Under the pieces are notes generated by a model. That model was given only the letters and a program-made list of their open reading frames with translations, had not been told where the DNA came from and ran no database searches. From contig JAVKIA010000001.1 of NCBI GenBank assembly GCA_031459715.1, positions 144,824 through 208,823 of the forward strand: a stretch of 64,000 nt of DNA, written 5' to 3'. How positions within the stretch are numbered: the stretch's first letter is position 1; each line of letters starts with the position of its first letter. Source of the stretch: Candidatus Humicultor tengchongensis. GTDB taxonomy: Bacteria > Sysuimicrobiota > Sysuimicrobiia > Sysuimicrobiales > Humicultoraceae. Positions 34,638 to 45,718 of the stretch are shown in pieces. A program made the translations under genes and the position numbers.

Positions 34638-34806
34638 CCGCGGCCGGCAGTGGCAGCCGCGGCGAGGAAGCGCGCCCCAGAATCCACGGCTCCCACAAGG
34701 GCCGGTCGGTTCACGCGGCGCGGGCGGCCGGAGATGGCCGCCACTCCGTCAGGAGCAAAGCCTGAGGGGCAGGTTCCTCCCGGAATCGGTCTCTCGGGCT
34801 TTTGTC
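34638..34806 (+). promoter_or_regulatory. Structured 5' leader of cimA: two perfect 7-bp GC hairpins plus a terminator-like element directly before the SD
   Basis: Hairpins ccgcggc/gccgcgg (34638-34662) and ggcggcc/ggccgcc (34723-34742). cccg-N12-cggg followed by CUUUUGUC (34779-34806), then SD ggggagg (34811-34817). Candidate attenuator or riboregulator. No T-box or known riboswitch consensus was recognised. Confidence 0.3.
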
Positions 34807-34825
34807 ATCCGGGGAGGATGCGACC

Positions 34826-36390
<1,565 letters not shown>

Positions 36391-36394
<4 letters not shown>

Positions 36395-37266
36395 CCCTTC
36401 ACATAGGACCGACCCAGAGCTTCGGGCTTGGCCAAGCCCCAGCGGGTGCGGAACCAGGAGGTGGAGATGACCACCAGGATGGGGATGGTGATGGCGAAGG
36501 GCACCGTGCGCCACACGTAGCGTGAGAGCACCCCCGGGAGGACCAGCTCCGGGCTCAGCGAGAGCTGCCACATCACCCCAAACAGTGAGGCTCCCGCCAG
36601 CAAGATCCAGGGGTTCCACATGGAGAAGAAGACCAGAGCCAGGCTGACAAACCCCCAGCCCATGAGGAAATTGTAGGTCCACACGGGGTTGTAGGAGAGC
36701 GTGTAGGTAGCCCCGGCCAGGCCGGCCAGCGTGCCGCCGCCGATGACGCAGAGGTAGCGGATGGCCACCACGGAGACGCCGGAGGCCTCCGCAGCCGCCG
36801 GGTTCTCCCCCGCGGAGCGGATGGCCAGCCCCAGGCTGGTGCGGAAGAGGAGGAACCAGACAGCCGCCACCAGGATGACCCCGATGGGGAAGAACGGCGA
36901 GAGGCCCAGGACACCGGGGATCCGCTCCAGCCCCAGGGGGCCGGTGCGAGGGCCGCCCAGGTAGGTGGTCAGGCCGAAGCTGAGGATCCACAGGCCCATC
37001 CCGCTCACTACCTGGTCGCCCCGCAGGGTGATGGAGAAGAAACCGTGGGCCAGGCCCAGGAACGCACCCAGGGCCATGCCGGCGAGGAAGCCCAGCGGGT
37101 AGCTCGCCGTGGTCTGGGCGGTGATGAAGGCCGCAGTACCCCCGAACAGCATCAGGCCCTCCAGCCCCACGTTGAGGACGCCGGCGCGCTGGTCGACCAG
37201 CTCGCCCAGCGCTGCAAAGAGGAAGACGGTGGACGCTTCCAGGCTGCGTGCCAGCAGCTCCCACAC
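36391..37266 (-). CDS. ABC transporter permease (BMP/CUT2-type, YufQ-like)
   Basis: Multi-TM protein. It is last in the minus-strand operon and its stop overlaps the cimA stop. Confidence 0.75.
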
Positions 37267-37271
37267 AGCCG

Positions 37272-38411
37272 CTACTCCCTGGACATCTCCGCCGCGATGG
37301 CCGGGGCCTGGGCCTCGACCCGCCGCCAGATCAGGCGGAACTGATAGAGGACGTGGGAGGCGATAAACGTCATCATGAGCAGGCCCAGAAGCGCATAATC
37401 CACCCCGAAGGGGAGGCGCAACGCTCCCTGGGCGAACCTGGCTCCCAGGGACAGGCCGGCGAAGAGGACGGCGATGGGGACAGCGCCCAGGGATGAGCCG
37501 CGGGCAATCAGGGCGGAGATGATACCGTAGAACCCCAGGTCCCCATAGTAGCCGTAGTTCCCCGGGATCTTGTACACACCGGGGACGGCGGCGAAGTAGT
37601 GGTAGCCGGCCAGACCGGCGAAGGCGCCGCCCAGAAGGAAGACGAACAGGGAGAGGGTCACAGGGATAATGCCGCCGTACCGGGCGGCGGAGGGGTTCTC
37701 ACCGAAGGCCCGGATGCGGTAGCCCAGCGCGGTCTTGGCGAAGAGAAGATCCAGGAAGACCGCCGCCCCCAGGGCCAGCAGCGCGGTGAAGGGCACCCCC
37801 TGCAAGAGAGGCGCGTACAGCGGCGGGGGTAGGCTGAAGCTCTCCCCTTCGGCCGTGGCACCCATGAACGGTCCGCCTTCCTTGATCATGTACGCCACGA
37901 GCCAGACCAGGATCGAGTTCAGCATCATGGTGACCAGGATCTCGTTCACCTGAAGCCTGGCGCGGAGCAGGCCAGCAAAGCCGCCCAGGGCCGCGCCCGC
38001 GGTGGCCGCAGCCGCGACCATGAGGGCGACCAGGACTCCGGCCGGGAGGGCGGGGGGCGATCCCGTGGCGCGCAGGGCGAAGGGGACAGCGAAGGCCGCC
38101 AGCGCCCCGGCGTACACCTGACCGGGCAGCCCGATGTTCCACAGGCCGGCCCGCAGGGGCACGAGGAAGGCGTAGGTGCACAACAGGAGGTAGATGGAGC
38201 GCTGGGCGGTGGCCAGGACGCCGTGGGGGTTGAAGAAGGCGTAGGAGAAGACCGTGCGGTAGGCGGCGAAGAGGGGAGCATCGGCGGAAAGGAAGAGGAC
38301 GCTGGCCAGCACCAGGGCCAGCAGGATGGCCACAACCGCCCCCAGTACCGCGTAGACGGCAGGCAGCGCGGGCCGCGGCTCCAGGGTCAGCTCGTGACGC
38401 CCCAGCCTCAC
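37272..38411 (-). CDS. ABC transporter permease (BMP/CUT2-type, YufP-like)
   Basis: Multi-TM protein. Overlaps the ATPase stop, indicating translational coupling. Confidence 0.75.
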   Translation of the reverse strand: MRLGRHELTLEPRPALPAVYAVLGAVVAILLALVLASVLFLSADAPLFAAYRTVFSYAFFNPHGVLATAQRSIYLLLCTYAFLVPLRAGLWNIGLPGQVYAGALAAFAVPFALRATGSPPALPAGVLVALMVAAAATAGAALGGFAGLLRARLQVNEILVTMMLNSILVWLVAYMIKEGGPFMGATAEGESFSLPPPLYAPLLQGVPFTALLALGAAVFLDLLFAKTALGYRIRAFGENPSAARYGGIIPVTLSLFVFLLGGAFAGLAGYHYFAAVPGVYKIPGNYGYYGDLGFYGIISALIARGSSLGAVPIAVLFAGLSLGARFAQGALRLPFGVDYALLGLLMMTFIASHVLYQFRLIWRRVEAQAPAIAAEMSRE

Positions 38412-39961
38412 CGCAGGCGGGTCTCCTGCGGCCGCGATCCGGCCATCATGGCGCCCACCATCTCGGCGTCGGCCTGCTCCCGGGGGAGGACGGCGACGAA
38501 TCGCCCTTCGTAGATGGGCGCCACCCGGTCGCTGAGGGAGAGGATTTCGTCCAGGTCTTCGGAGATGAGCAGAACCGCCGCCCCTTCCTCCCGGGCCTCC
38601 AGGAGCTTGGCCCTAACGAACGCCGTCGCCTCCACGTCCAGCCCCTGCGTGGGGAGGTGGGCGATGAGGAAGCGGGGGCGGCGGGAGAGCACCCGGCCTA
38701 GGATGAGCTTCTGCAGGTTGCCTCCGGAGAGGTGCCGCGCCGGAGCGTGGTGATGGGGAGCCACCACATTATAGGTGGAAAGGATGTGCCGCGTGAGCCG
38801 GCCCAGGCCCGCCTGGTCCAGCAGGCCGCGTGGCGTGTACGCCGGGTCGAAGTGGTAGGTGAGCGCGGTGTTCTCCACCAGGGAGAAAGAGGCGATGGAG
38901 GCCACCTCGGTTCGTTCCGCCGGGATGTAGCCCATCCCGATGCGCCACCGCTCCAGGGGTGAGAGGTGGGTCACGTCGCGGCCATCGAAGCGGATCCGCC
39001 CCCCGCTGGCCGGACGCAGCCCTGCCAGGACCTGGGCCAGCTCCTCCTGACCGTTCCCGCTGACGCCAGCCACGCCCAGGATCTCGCCCGCGCGCAGGGC
39101 GAAGGATACGCCGCGCAGGGCCAGGAGGCCCCGGTCGTTGAAGGCGGAGAGCTGCTCCACCTGCAGCAGGGGATGCCCCGCGCCGACGGATCGCTCCACG
39201 GTGCGGAAGGCCACCTCGCGGCCGATCATGTGCTGCACCAGGGTCTCCTCGGTGGCCTCCGCCGTCCACAGGCGGGCGGCGACCCTTCCGGAACGGAAGA
39301 CCGTCACTCGGTGGCTGGCGGCCATGACAATGGGCAGCTTGTGGGTGACTAGCAGGACGGTGACGCCCCGGTCGCGGACCAGGGTCTGCAGGCCGGCCAG
39401 GAGGGTCTTGACCTCAGGGGGCGTGAGCACCGAAGTGGGCTCGTCCAGGATGAGGATACGCGCCCCCCCGTAGAGGGCCTTGAGGATCTCCACCCACTGC
39501 CGCTCCCCCTCCGAGAGCTGCCACACCCTGGCCCCCAGGTCGACGGCAAAGCCGTAGCGGCGGCACAGGGCCTCCACCTCGGCACGGGCGGCGCGCAGGT
39601 TGAGGAGGCCGCGTATGCGGGGGTGCCCCAGGACGATGTTCTCCAGCACCGTGTGCGCGGCCACCAGGCGGCGGGTCTGGTGCACCATCCCGATCCCCTG
39701 GGCGATGGCGTCGTGGGGCGAACGGAAGTGCACCCGCCCCCCCCGCAGGTAGAGGGCACCCGCGTCGGGCTGCACCAGGCCGAAGAGGATATTCATCAGG
39801 GTGGTCTTGCCGGCGCCGTTCTGCCCCAGGACCGCGTGCACCTCGCCCGCCTGGACCTCGAAGTCCACCCGGTCCAGGGCCAGCACCCCGGGGAAGCGCT
39901 TACTGATGCCGCGGGCCGCGAGGAGGGGCTCGGTCCCCGCGCGCTCAGCCGGTACGGTCAT
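38408..39961 (-). CDS. ABC transporter ATP-binding protein with duplicated NBDs (CUT2-type)
   Basis: Two Walker A sites ('GQNGAGKTT', 'GVSGNGQEE'), signature 'LSEGERQ' and 'LSGGNLQK'. 517 aa. Confidence 0.85.
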   Translation of the reverse strand: MTVPAERAGTEPLLAARGISKRFPGVLALDRVDFEVQAGEVHAVLGQNGAGKTTLMNILFGLVQPDAGALYLRGGRVHFRSPHDAIAQGIGMVHQTRRLVAAHTVLENIVLGHPRIRGLLNLRAARAEVEALCRRYGFAVDLGARVWQLSEGERQWVEILKALYGGARILILDEPTSVLTPPEVKTLLAGLQTLVRDRGVTVLLVTHKLPIVMAASHRVTVFRSGRVAARLWTAEATEETLVQHMIGREVAFRTVERSVGAGHPLLQVEQLSAFNDRGLLALRGVSFALRAGEILGVAGVSGNGQEELAQVLAGLRPASGGRIRFDGRDVTHLSPLERWRIGMGYIPAERTEVASIASFSLVENTALTYHFDPAYTPRGLLDQAGLGRLTRHILSTYNVVAPHHHAPARHLSGGNLQKLILGRVLSRRPRFLIAHLPTQGLDVEATAFVRAKLLEAREEGAAVLLISEDLDEILSLSDRVAPIYEGRFVAVLPREQADAEMVGAMMAGSRPQETRLR

Positions 39962-40030
39962 GACCTCATCCGTTTGGGGAAAGAACGGCCGGCCGCTGGA
40001 CCCTGCCGGGGCCCGCGGCCGGCACCCACC

Positions 40031-41293
40031 TCACTTCAGGATAGTTATCCCGTTGAGGTCGAAGTTGAACTTCCCCAGCAGCCATGTGTCGGACGGCGTC
40101 TGCCGCGCCTTCTTCACCACCCTCCCCTTGGCGGGAATCGGGGTGTCCTTGAGGGCCAGCCCGGTGCCGTTGCTGATGAAGGCGTGCTCGAAAAACGGAT
40201 CCCACTGCCCCTTCATCATCTGCTCGCGGCGCTGGCTCACCAGGCGGAGGATGGAGGCCGGGATGAGCGGCCGCGCCTTGGGGCTGATGGCGTCCACCCC
40301 CACCTTCTTGTTGTTCATGATGTCCACGGTGGGCTCCACCGTGCCGTCGGCCAGGGTCATGGTATCCCGCATACCCAGGTAGAGCAGGGTGCGCGGGGTC
40401 TGGTTGCCGGCCAGCCACTCCTTCACCATGCGCTCGTAGAGGACCTCCCAGCGGGTGTCGAAGGAGACGGCTACCGTGTCGGTACTGGACCACCCGTAGA
40501 AGCCCACCACGTCCATGTCCTTGCCCACGAACCAGATCTTGCGCTCCTGGGCCACGTCCAGCGGGGAGCCGGAGTCGGTCTGCTGGGTGATCACGTCCAC
40601 CTTGTACTGACGCACCAGGGTCGTGGCCACCTCGCGCTCCTCCGCGGGCTTGTACCAGTCTCCCACGTACTTCACGTAGACGGTGACCTTCTTGCCCAGG
40701 GCCTTGGCCCCGTCCTGTACCCCCAGGAAGAAGCCGGCCTGGCGGCGGATGACCTGCACGTTGGGGAAGGCAGAGACGATGCCGATGTTCCCGCTGCGGG
40801 TGAGGGCGGCGGCGATCAGCCCCTCCAGGTAGAGGGCCTGGTACTGGCGCGGGAAGAACCGGATGAAGTTGCGCTTGGTGGTCACATCGCTGGCCACCAC
40901 GGACCCGAAGTAGACCTTGGGGTACTTGTCGGCGATGTCCTTGAGGGGAAGGCCCATGAACTCGGCATTCCCCACCACGATGTTTGCGCCCTGCCGGATC
41001 AACTCTTCGGCGTAGGGCACGGTGAGGTCCGGTCCCACTTCTTCGCGGTAGACGTACTTCACGTTGGGGTACTTCTCGGCGATGCGCTGGGCGGCGCGGT
41101 GGTGGGCGCCGGACCAGGTCGTCCCCTTGATCACGCTGAAGTGCAGGATCGCCAGGGTCGCATTCGCTGCTCCTGCGTGGGCAGACGAACCCACAGCGCC
41201 TGCGGCGCCTGCCAGGAGCGCCGCGAGCAGCAACGACGGGATGACGATCCGCACTGGAGCCAACCTCCTGCGCCACCCATTTGTCCGGTCCAT
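40031..41293 (-). CDS. ABC transporter substrate-binding protein (PBP type-1, BMP/Med-like), secreted
   Basis: ATG at 41293 preceded by a perfect SD AAGGAGG. Signal-peptide-like 'VRIVIPSLLLAALLAGAAGAVG'. First gene of a four-gene importer operon. Confidence 0.7.
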   Translation of the reverse strand: MDRTNGWRRRLAPVRIVIPSLLLAALLAGAAGAVGSSAHAGAANATLAILHFSVIKGTTWSGAHHRAAQRIAEKYPNVKYVYREEVGPDLTVPYAEELIRQGANIVVGNAEFMGLPLKDIADKYPKVYFGSVVASDVTTKRNFIRFFPRQYQALYLEGLIAAALTRSGNIGIVSAFPNVQVIRRQAGFFLGVQDGAKALGKKVTVYVKYVGDWYKPAEEREVATTLVRQYKVDVITQQTDSGSPLDVAQERKIWFVGKDMDVVGFYGWSSTDTVAVSFDTRWEVLYERMVKEWLAGNQTPRTLLYLGMRDTMTLADGTVEPTVDIMNNKKVGVDAISPKARPLIPASILRLVSQRREQMMKGQWDPFFEHAFISNGTGLALKDTPIPAKGRVVKKARQTPSDTWLLGKFNFDLNGITILK

Positions 41294-41675
41294 GTCAACC
41301 TCCTTTCCGCCCCTCCTGACCTGGGTGTTCTCGCCCGGGGCACCCCAAGAATCGCAGGCAATCCCCTCGGGGTCCTGCCATCTACTCTGCCGGATTTCTC
41401 GGACAGACCCCTGGCCTGGTGGATGTTCCGCGAAGCACCCGCTGCGCCACGGTTCTACAGGACGCGCGCGTTTCCCTTTCGCCGGATGCGCACACCACTG
41501 CCGCGGGTGGCGAGAGGAGCCCCGTGTTGCGGCCATGGTCCCGGTGCGGCGGCAACGCCGCTTGCGGCAGCGGGGCAAGCCGCCTGGTACGGGTGGGCCG
41601 GGGCTGTAGCGGGACTGCCGGCTGTCCAGGCGGGGCGCAGGAGGAAGACCGGGGACGCGGGAGGAGAAGGTATCC

Positions 41676-41692
41676 TTGTATAGAAGATACAA
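41676..41692. promoter_or_regulatory. Candidate GntR-type operator: perfect inverted repeat TTGTAT-N5-ATACAA inside a short AT-rich island
   Basis: Arms at 41676-41681 and 41687-41692. Embedded in 'ggtatccttgtatagaagatacaatatac' immediately 5' of the GntR ATG (41698), at the end of a ~400-bp divergent intergenic region. Fits the GT-N-AC core of GntR/FadR operators. Confidence 0.4.
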
Positions 41693-41697
41693 TATAC

Positions 41698-42405
41698 ATG
41701 CTCTCTCTGGGAGACCTGGCCACGCAACTGGGCAAGCGGCGCAGCGCGCCTGACCTGGTGGCGGAGGTGCTGCGCGAGGCTATCCTCAGGGGGATTCTCC
41801 GCGGCGGGGAGCCTCTCCCCCAGGATGAGGTGGCGGCGCAGCTGGGCGTGAGCCGGATTCCCGTACGCGAAGCCCTGCGGCAGCTGGAGGCCGAGGGGCT
41901 GGTCAAGTTCAACCCACACCGCGCCGTGGTTGTCTCCGAACTCTCGGCCGCCGAGGTGGAGGAGATCTACGATATCCGCATTCCCCTGGAGTGCACCGCC
42001 CTCCGCCTGGCTCTCCCCCGCATCAGCGCCGAGGACCTGCGGCGGGCCGAGGCGATTCTGGAGGCCATCGACGCGGAGACGGACATCTTCCGCTGGAGCC
42101 AGCTGAACCGGGACTTTCACGCCGTTCTCTATACCCCGGCCAACCGCCCTCGCCTGCTGGACCTGATCAACACCATGCGAGCCAACGTCGACCGTTACAT
42201 GCGCATCTACATCTCGCTGCTTAACTTCAAGCCCCGGTCGCAGCAGGAGCATCGCCGCATCCTGGCAGCGGTGCGGCGGCGCGACACTCGCAGGGCCATC
42301 ACCGCCCTGGAGAGGCACCTGGGGGCGGCGTGCCGGGAACTGGTGGCGTATCTCTCCCGGGAACCTGTCTCTGCAGCGTCGCGCGCGCCCGGTCGCCCAG
42401 GGTAA
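41698..42405 (+). CDS. GntR-family transcriptional regulator (FadR/FCD subfamily)
   Basis: wHTH 'APDLVAEVLREAILRGILRGGEPLPQDEVAAQLGVSRIPVREALRQLEAEGLV' plus a C-terminal all-helical FCD domain. No obvious SD, so it may be leaderless. Confidence 0.8.
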   Translation: MLSLGDLATQLGKRRSAPDLVAEVLREAILRGILRGGEPLPQDEVAAQLGVSRIPVREALRQLEAEGLVKFNPHRAVVVSELSAAEVEEIYDIRIPLECTALRLALPRISAEDLRRAEAILEAIDAETDIFRWSQLNRDFHAVLYTPANRPRLLDLINTMRANVDRYMRIYISLLNFKPRSQQEHRRILAAVRRRDTRRAITALERHLGAACRELVAYLSREPVSAASRAPGRPG

Positions 42406-42446
42406 CCGCGACCGGCGCGCCTGGAGGGCGGTAGCGGCAACAAGGT

Positions 42447-43442
42447 GTGACGGTGGGCCGCTGGATGGTGCTGGTCACCGACTACGTTTTTCCTTCCCTG
42501 GAGGTGGAGCGGGCGGTCCTGCGGGCCGCCGGTGCCGAGCTGGTGGCCATGCAGGCGGGCAGCGAAGCCGAGCTGGCAGAGGCGGTGGGCAATGCAGATG
42601 GCCTGCTGGTCTGCTACGCCCCGGTCACGCGTCGGGTCATCGAGCGGGCACAGCGTTGTCGGGTCATCGCTCGCTACGGCATCGGCGTGGACAACGTGGA
42701 TGTAGATGCAGCTACAGAGCGGGGCATTGTGGTCACCAACGTGCCAGACTACTGCATCGAGGAGGTGAGCGACCACGCCCTGGCCCTGCTGCTGGCCTGC
42801 GCCCGTAAGGTGGCTTTCCTGGACCGGGGGGTGCGCGCCGGCCGCTGGGAGGCCAGAGACGCTGTGCCCATCCGCCGCCTGCGGGGGCAGGTGCTGGGGC
42901 TGGTGGGCTTCGGCAAGATCCCCCGGCTCCTGGCGGCCAAGGCGCGGGCCCTGGGCCTGACGGTGCTGGCCTACGACCCCTACCTGGATGCTGCCACCTG
43001 CGAGGCGTACGGAGCACGCCAGGTGGAGCTGGGGGAGCTGCTGGCCCGGGCCGACTTTGTTTCGGTGCACGCGCCCCTTACCCCGCAAACCAGGGGACTG
43101 ATCGGCGAGGCCGAGCTGCGCCGCATGAAGCCCACCGCCTACCTGATCAACACGGCGCGGGGCCCCATCGTCCACGAGGCGGCGCTGCTGCAGGCGCTGC
43201 AGGAGGGCTGGATCGCCGGGGCGGCGCTGGACGTCCTGGAGAGCGAGCCGCCGCCTGCCGGCCACCCCCTGCTGCAGGCCCCGCAGGTGGTTCTCACCCC
43301 CCATGTGGCCTTCTACTCCGAGGAGTCGCTGCAGGAGCTGCAACGCAAGGCGGCGGAGGAGGTGGCCCGGGTGCTCACGGGTCAACCGCCGCGCTACCCC
43401 GTGAACGTGGTCCAGGCACCAGGTACGAGAGGAGGGTCCTGA
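42447..43442 (+). CDS. D-isomer-specific 2-hydroxyacid dehydrogenase (NAD-binding)
   Basis: 'LGLVGFGKIPRLLAAKARALG' Rossmann motif. Catalytic 'TARGPIVHEAALLQAL' and 'LDVLESEP...LTPHVAFYS'. Confidence 0.8.
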   Translation: MTVGRWMVLVTDYVFPSLEVERAVLRAAGAELVAMQAGSEAELAEAVGNADGLLVCYAPVTRRVIERAQRCRVIARYGIGVDNVDVDAATERGIVVTNVPDYCIEEVSDHALALLLACARKVAFLDRGVRAGRWEARDAVPIRRLRGQVLGLVGFGKIPRLLAAKARALGLTVLAYDPYLDAATCEAYGARQVELGELLARADFVSVHAPLTPQTRGLIGEAELRRMKPTAYLINTARGPIVHEAALLQALQEGWIAGAALDVLESEPPPAGHPLLQAPQVVLTPHVAFYSEESLQELQRKAAEEVARVLTGQPPRYPVNVVQAPGTRGGS

Positions 43443-44707
43443 TGGCGACACCCTGGTTCAGCGAGCGGTGGTTCACCAGCCCGCACAACTTCAGCGAGGA
43501 GGTACGCGCCCAGCTCAGGTTCCCCCAGCAGATTATCTTCCACGACATCACCCTGCGGGACGGCGAACAGCAGGCGGGGGTGGTCTTCACCAGGGATGAC
43601 AAGATCCGCATCGCCGAGAAGCTGGCCGAGGCCGGGGTGCACCGCATCGAGGCGGGGATGGCCACAGTCTCCCCAGCGGACGAGGAGGCCATCCGGGAGA
43701 TCGTCAGGCGCCGCCTGGGCCCCAAGATCTTCGCCTTCTCCCGCTGTATGGTCTCGGACATCCAGCGGGCCGTGGACTGCGGCGTTGAGGGGGTGGTGGT
43801 AGAGATCCCCAGCAGCGAGCACATCATCGAGCTGGGCTACCAGTGGCCCCTGCAAAAGGCCATCGACCTCTCCGTGGAGGCCACCCGCTTCGCCCACGAG
43901 CAGGGGCTATACGTGGTCTTCTTCCCCATCGATGCCACCCGCGCCGAGCCGGGTTGGTTCCTGAACCTCATCGAGCAGGTGGCCACCCAGGGGCACATGG
44001 ACGCCCTGGTGCTGGTGGACACCTTCGGAGGCTCCTCGCCCCACGCCATCAGCTACTTCACCCGGCAGGTGCAAGCGCGCATCCACAAACCCCTGGAGGC
44101 CCACTTCCACGACGACTTCGGCATGGCGGTGGCCAATACGCTGATAGCCCTCTCCCTGGGGGTGGAGGTGGCGCATGTGACGGTCTCTTCCCTGGGGGAG
44201 CGCGCCGGCAACTGCGCCCTGGAGGACCTGGCCCTGGCCCTGCTCACCCTCTACGGCATCGACACGGGCCTGCGCACCGAGACCTTCTACGACCTCTCCC
44301 GCCTGGTGCGCGAGCTGGCCGGGATCACCCTGCCTCCAAACCGGCCCATCGTGGGCGACATGCTCTTTAAGGTGGAGTCGGGGATCATCGCCACCTGGCT
44401 GGCCCGCCTGCAGGAGAAGCGGCCGGTGGAGCTGTTTCCCTTCCACTGGGGACTGGTGGGCCAGCCCCCGGCGGAGATCGTACTGGGCAAGGGCAGCGGC
44501 CGCGATTCCATCCTATACTTCCTCAGCCGCCTGGGCTACGACCTGTCCCCCGGCGACCCGCGTGTCGACGAGCTGCTAGTGCGGGTGAAGGAGCACTCCC
44601 TGACCACCAAGCGGCTGCTTGGCGACGAGGAGTTCCGCGGCCTGGCCGAGTTGGTGCTGGGTCCTCCCGCCGCCGCGCCGACCGGCCGCGAGGTGCATCC
44701 CGGCTGA
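43442..44707 (+). CDS. HMGL-like (DRE-TIM metallolyase) family protein related to LeuA/NifV condensing enzymes
   Basis: 'FHDITLRDGEQQAGVVF' and the metal-binding 'HFHDDFGMAVANTL'. 421 aa, with no LeuA regulatory domain. Confidence 0.7.
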   Translation: MATPWFSERWFTSPHNFSEEVRAQLRFPQQIIFHDITLRDGEQQAGVVFTRDDKIRIAEKLAEAGVHRIEAGMATVSPADEEAIREIVRRRLGPKIFAFSRCMVSDIQRAVDCGVEGVVVEIPSSEHIIELGYQWPLQKAIDLSVEATRFAHEQGLYVVFFPIDATRAEPGWFLNLIEQVATQGHMDALVLVDTFGGSSPHAISYFTRQVQARIHKPLEAHFHDDFGMAVANTLIALSLGVEVAHVTVSSLGERAGNCALEDLALALLTLYGIDTGLRTETFYDLSRLVRELAGITLPPNRPIVGDMLFKVESGIIATWLARLQEKRPVELFPFHWGLVGQPPAEIVLGKGSGRDSILYFLSRLGYDLSPGDPRVDELLVRVKEHSLTTKRLLGDEEFRGLAELVLGPPAAAPTGREVHPG

Positions 44708-44710
44708 TCC

Positions 44711-45718
44711 ATGGACACCGTGGATGTGCACAGCCACTTCTTCCCCCAGCCCTTCCTGCGGCTAATACGCTCCCACGGCGAGCCCCATGGGGCGTCGCTG
44801 CAGCGGCGGGAGGGGGTGGAGTGGTTGACCATGCCCGGGCATCCCCCGGTGCCGCTGGCGCCGCTGTTCGTGGACGCCGAGGCCCGCCGGGCCAGTCTGG
44901 AGCAGGCGGGGATTACCGCCCAGGCCCTCTCGCTGTCCCCGCCCATGGTCTACTGGGCGCCGCCCGACCTGGGTGTGGCTCTGGCCCAGGCCTTCAACGA
45001 CGGGATCAGCGAGCTGGCCCGGGCCTACCCGGATCAGTTCGTGGGGCTGGCCACGCTGCCGCTGCAGGACGTCCCGGCGGCGCTGCGGGAGATGGAGCGG
45101 GCCAGCACCCTGCAGATGCGGGGGGTCTACCTGGCCACCACGGTGCGGGGACGCTACCTGGATGCCCCGGAATTCGCCCCCCTGTGGGAGCTGGCCGTGG
45201 CCCTGGACCTCCCGGTGTTCATCCACCCCCAGACCCACCTGGGCGCCGATGTGCTGGCGCACTGCCACCTGTTCAACAGTGTGGGCTTCCCCGTGGAGAC
45301 TGCGGTGCTGGCGGCGCGCCTGATCTACGCTGGTACCTTCGACCGCTACCCGTCGCTGCGGGTGGTGCTGGCGCATGCCGGAGGGGTCCTGCCCATGCTG
45401 CTGGGACGACTGGACCACGCCCACCGGCAGCGTCCGGAGTGCCGGCAGGCCATCCAGGCGCCGCCGTCCTTTTACCTGCGACACTTCTACTTCGACACGG
45501 TGACCCACGACGACATCACCCTGCGGTTCCTGGTGCAGCGGGTGGGCATCCGGCAGGTGGTGCTGGGCAGCGACGCCCCCTATGACATGGCCGACGAGGG
45601 GCCTGTGGTCCGGGTACGCCGCCTGGGCCTGCAGCCGGAGGCGACGGCCTGCATTCTTGGCCGCACCGCCCGTCGGCTACTGCACTGGGAGCTCAAGCCT
45701 GCGGTGAAGGAGGGATGA
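44711..45718 (+). CDS. Amidohydrolase-2 family protein (ACMSD-like decarboxylase/hydratase)
   Basis: 'VDVHSHFFPQPF' HxH metal motif. 'FIHPQTH...AHAGGVLP...SDAPYD' matches PF04909 architecture. Confidence 0.75.
   Translation: MDTVDVHSHFFPQPFLRLIRSHGEPHGASLQRREGVEWLTMPGHPPVPLAPLFVDAEARRASLEQAGITAQALSLSPPMVYWAPPDLGVALAQAFNDGISELARAYPDQFVGLATLPLQDVPAALREMERASTLQMRGVYLATTVRGRYLDAPEFAPLWELAVALDLPVFIHPQTHLGADVLAHCHLFNSVGFPVETAVLAARLIYAGTFDRYPSLRVVLAHAGGVLPMLLGRLDHAHRQRPECRQAIQAPPSFYLRHFYFDTVTHDDITLRFLVQRVGIRQVVLGSDAPYDMADEGPVVRVRRLGLQPEATACILGRTARRLLHWELKPAVKEG

Noticed and set aside
34509-34825. T-box riboswitch in the cimA leader.
   Set aside because: No AGGGUGGNACCGCG T-box sequence and no identifiable specifier loop or AG-bulge motifs. 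Kept only as a generic structured-leader observation.
41294-41690. Possible ZTP (pfl) or other purine-related riboswitch in the long 5' UTR of the BMP-type importer on the minus strand.
   Set aside because: Only loose resemblance (GTGGCG ... CCACCAGGCC) to pfl consensus elements, with incompatible spacing. Cannot be supported without a covariance-model scan.
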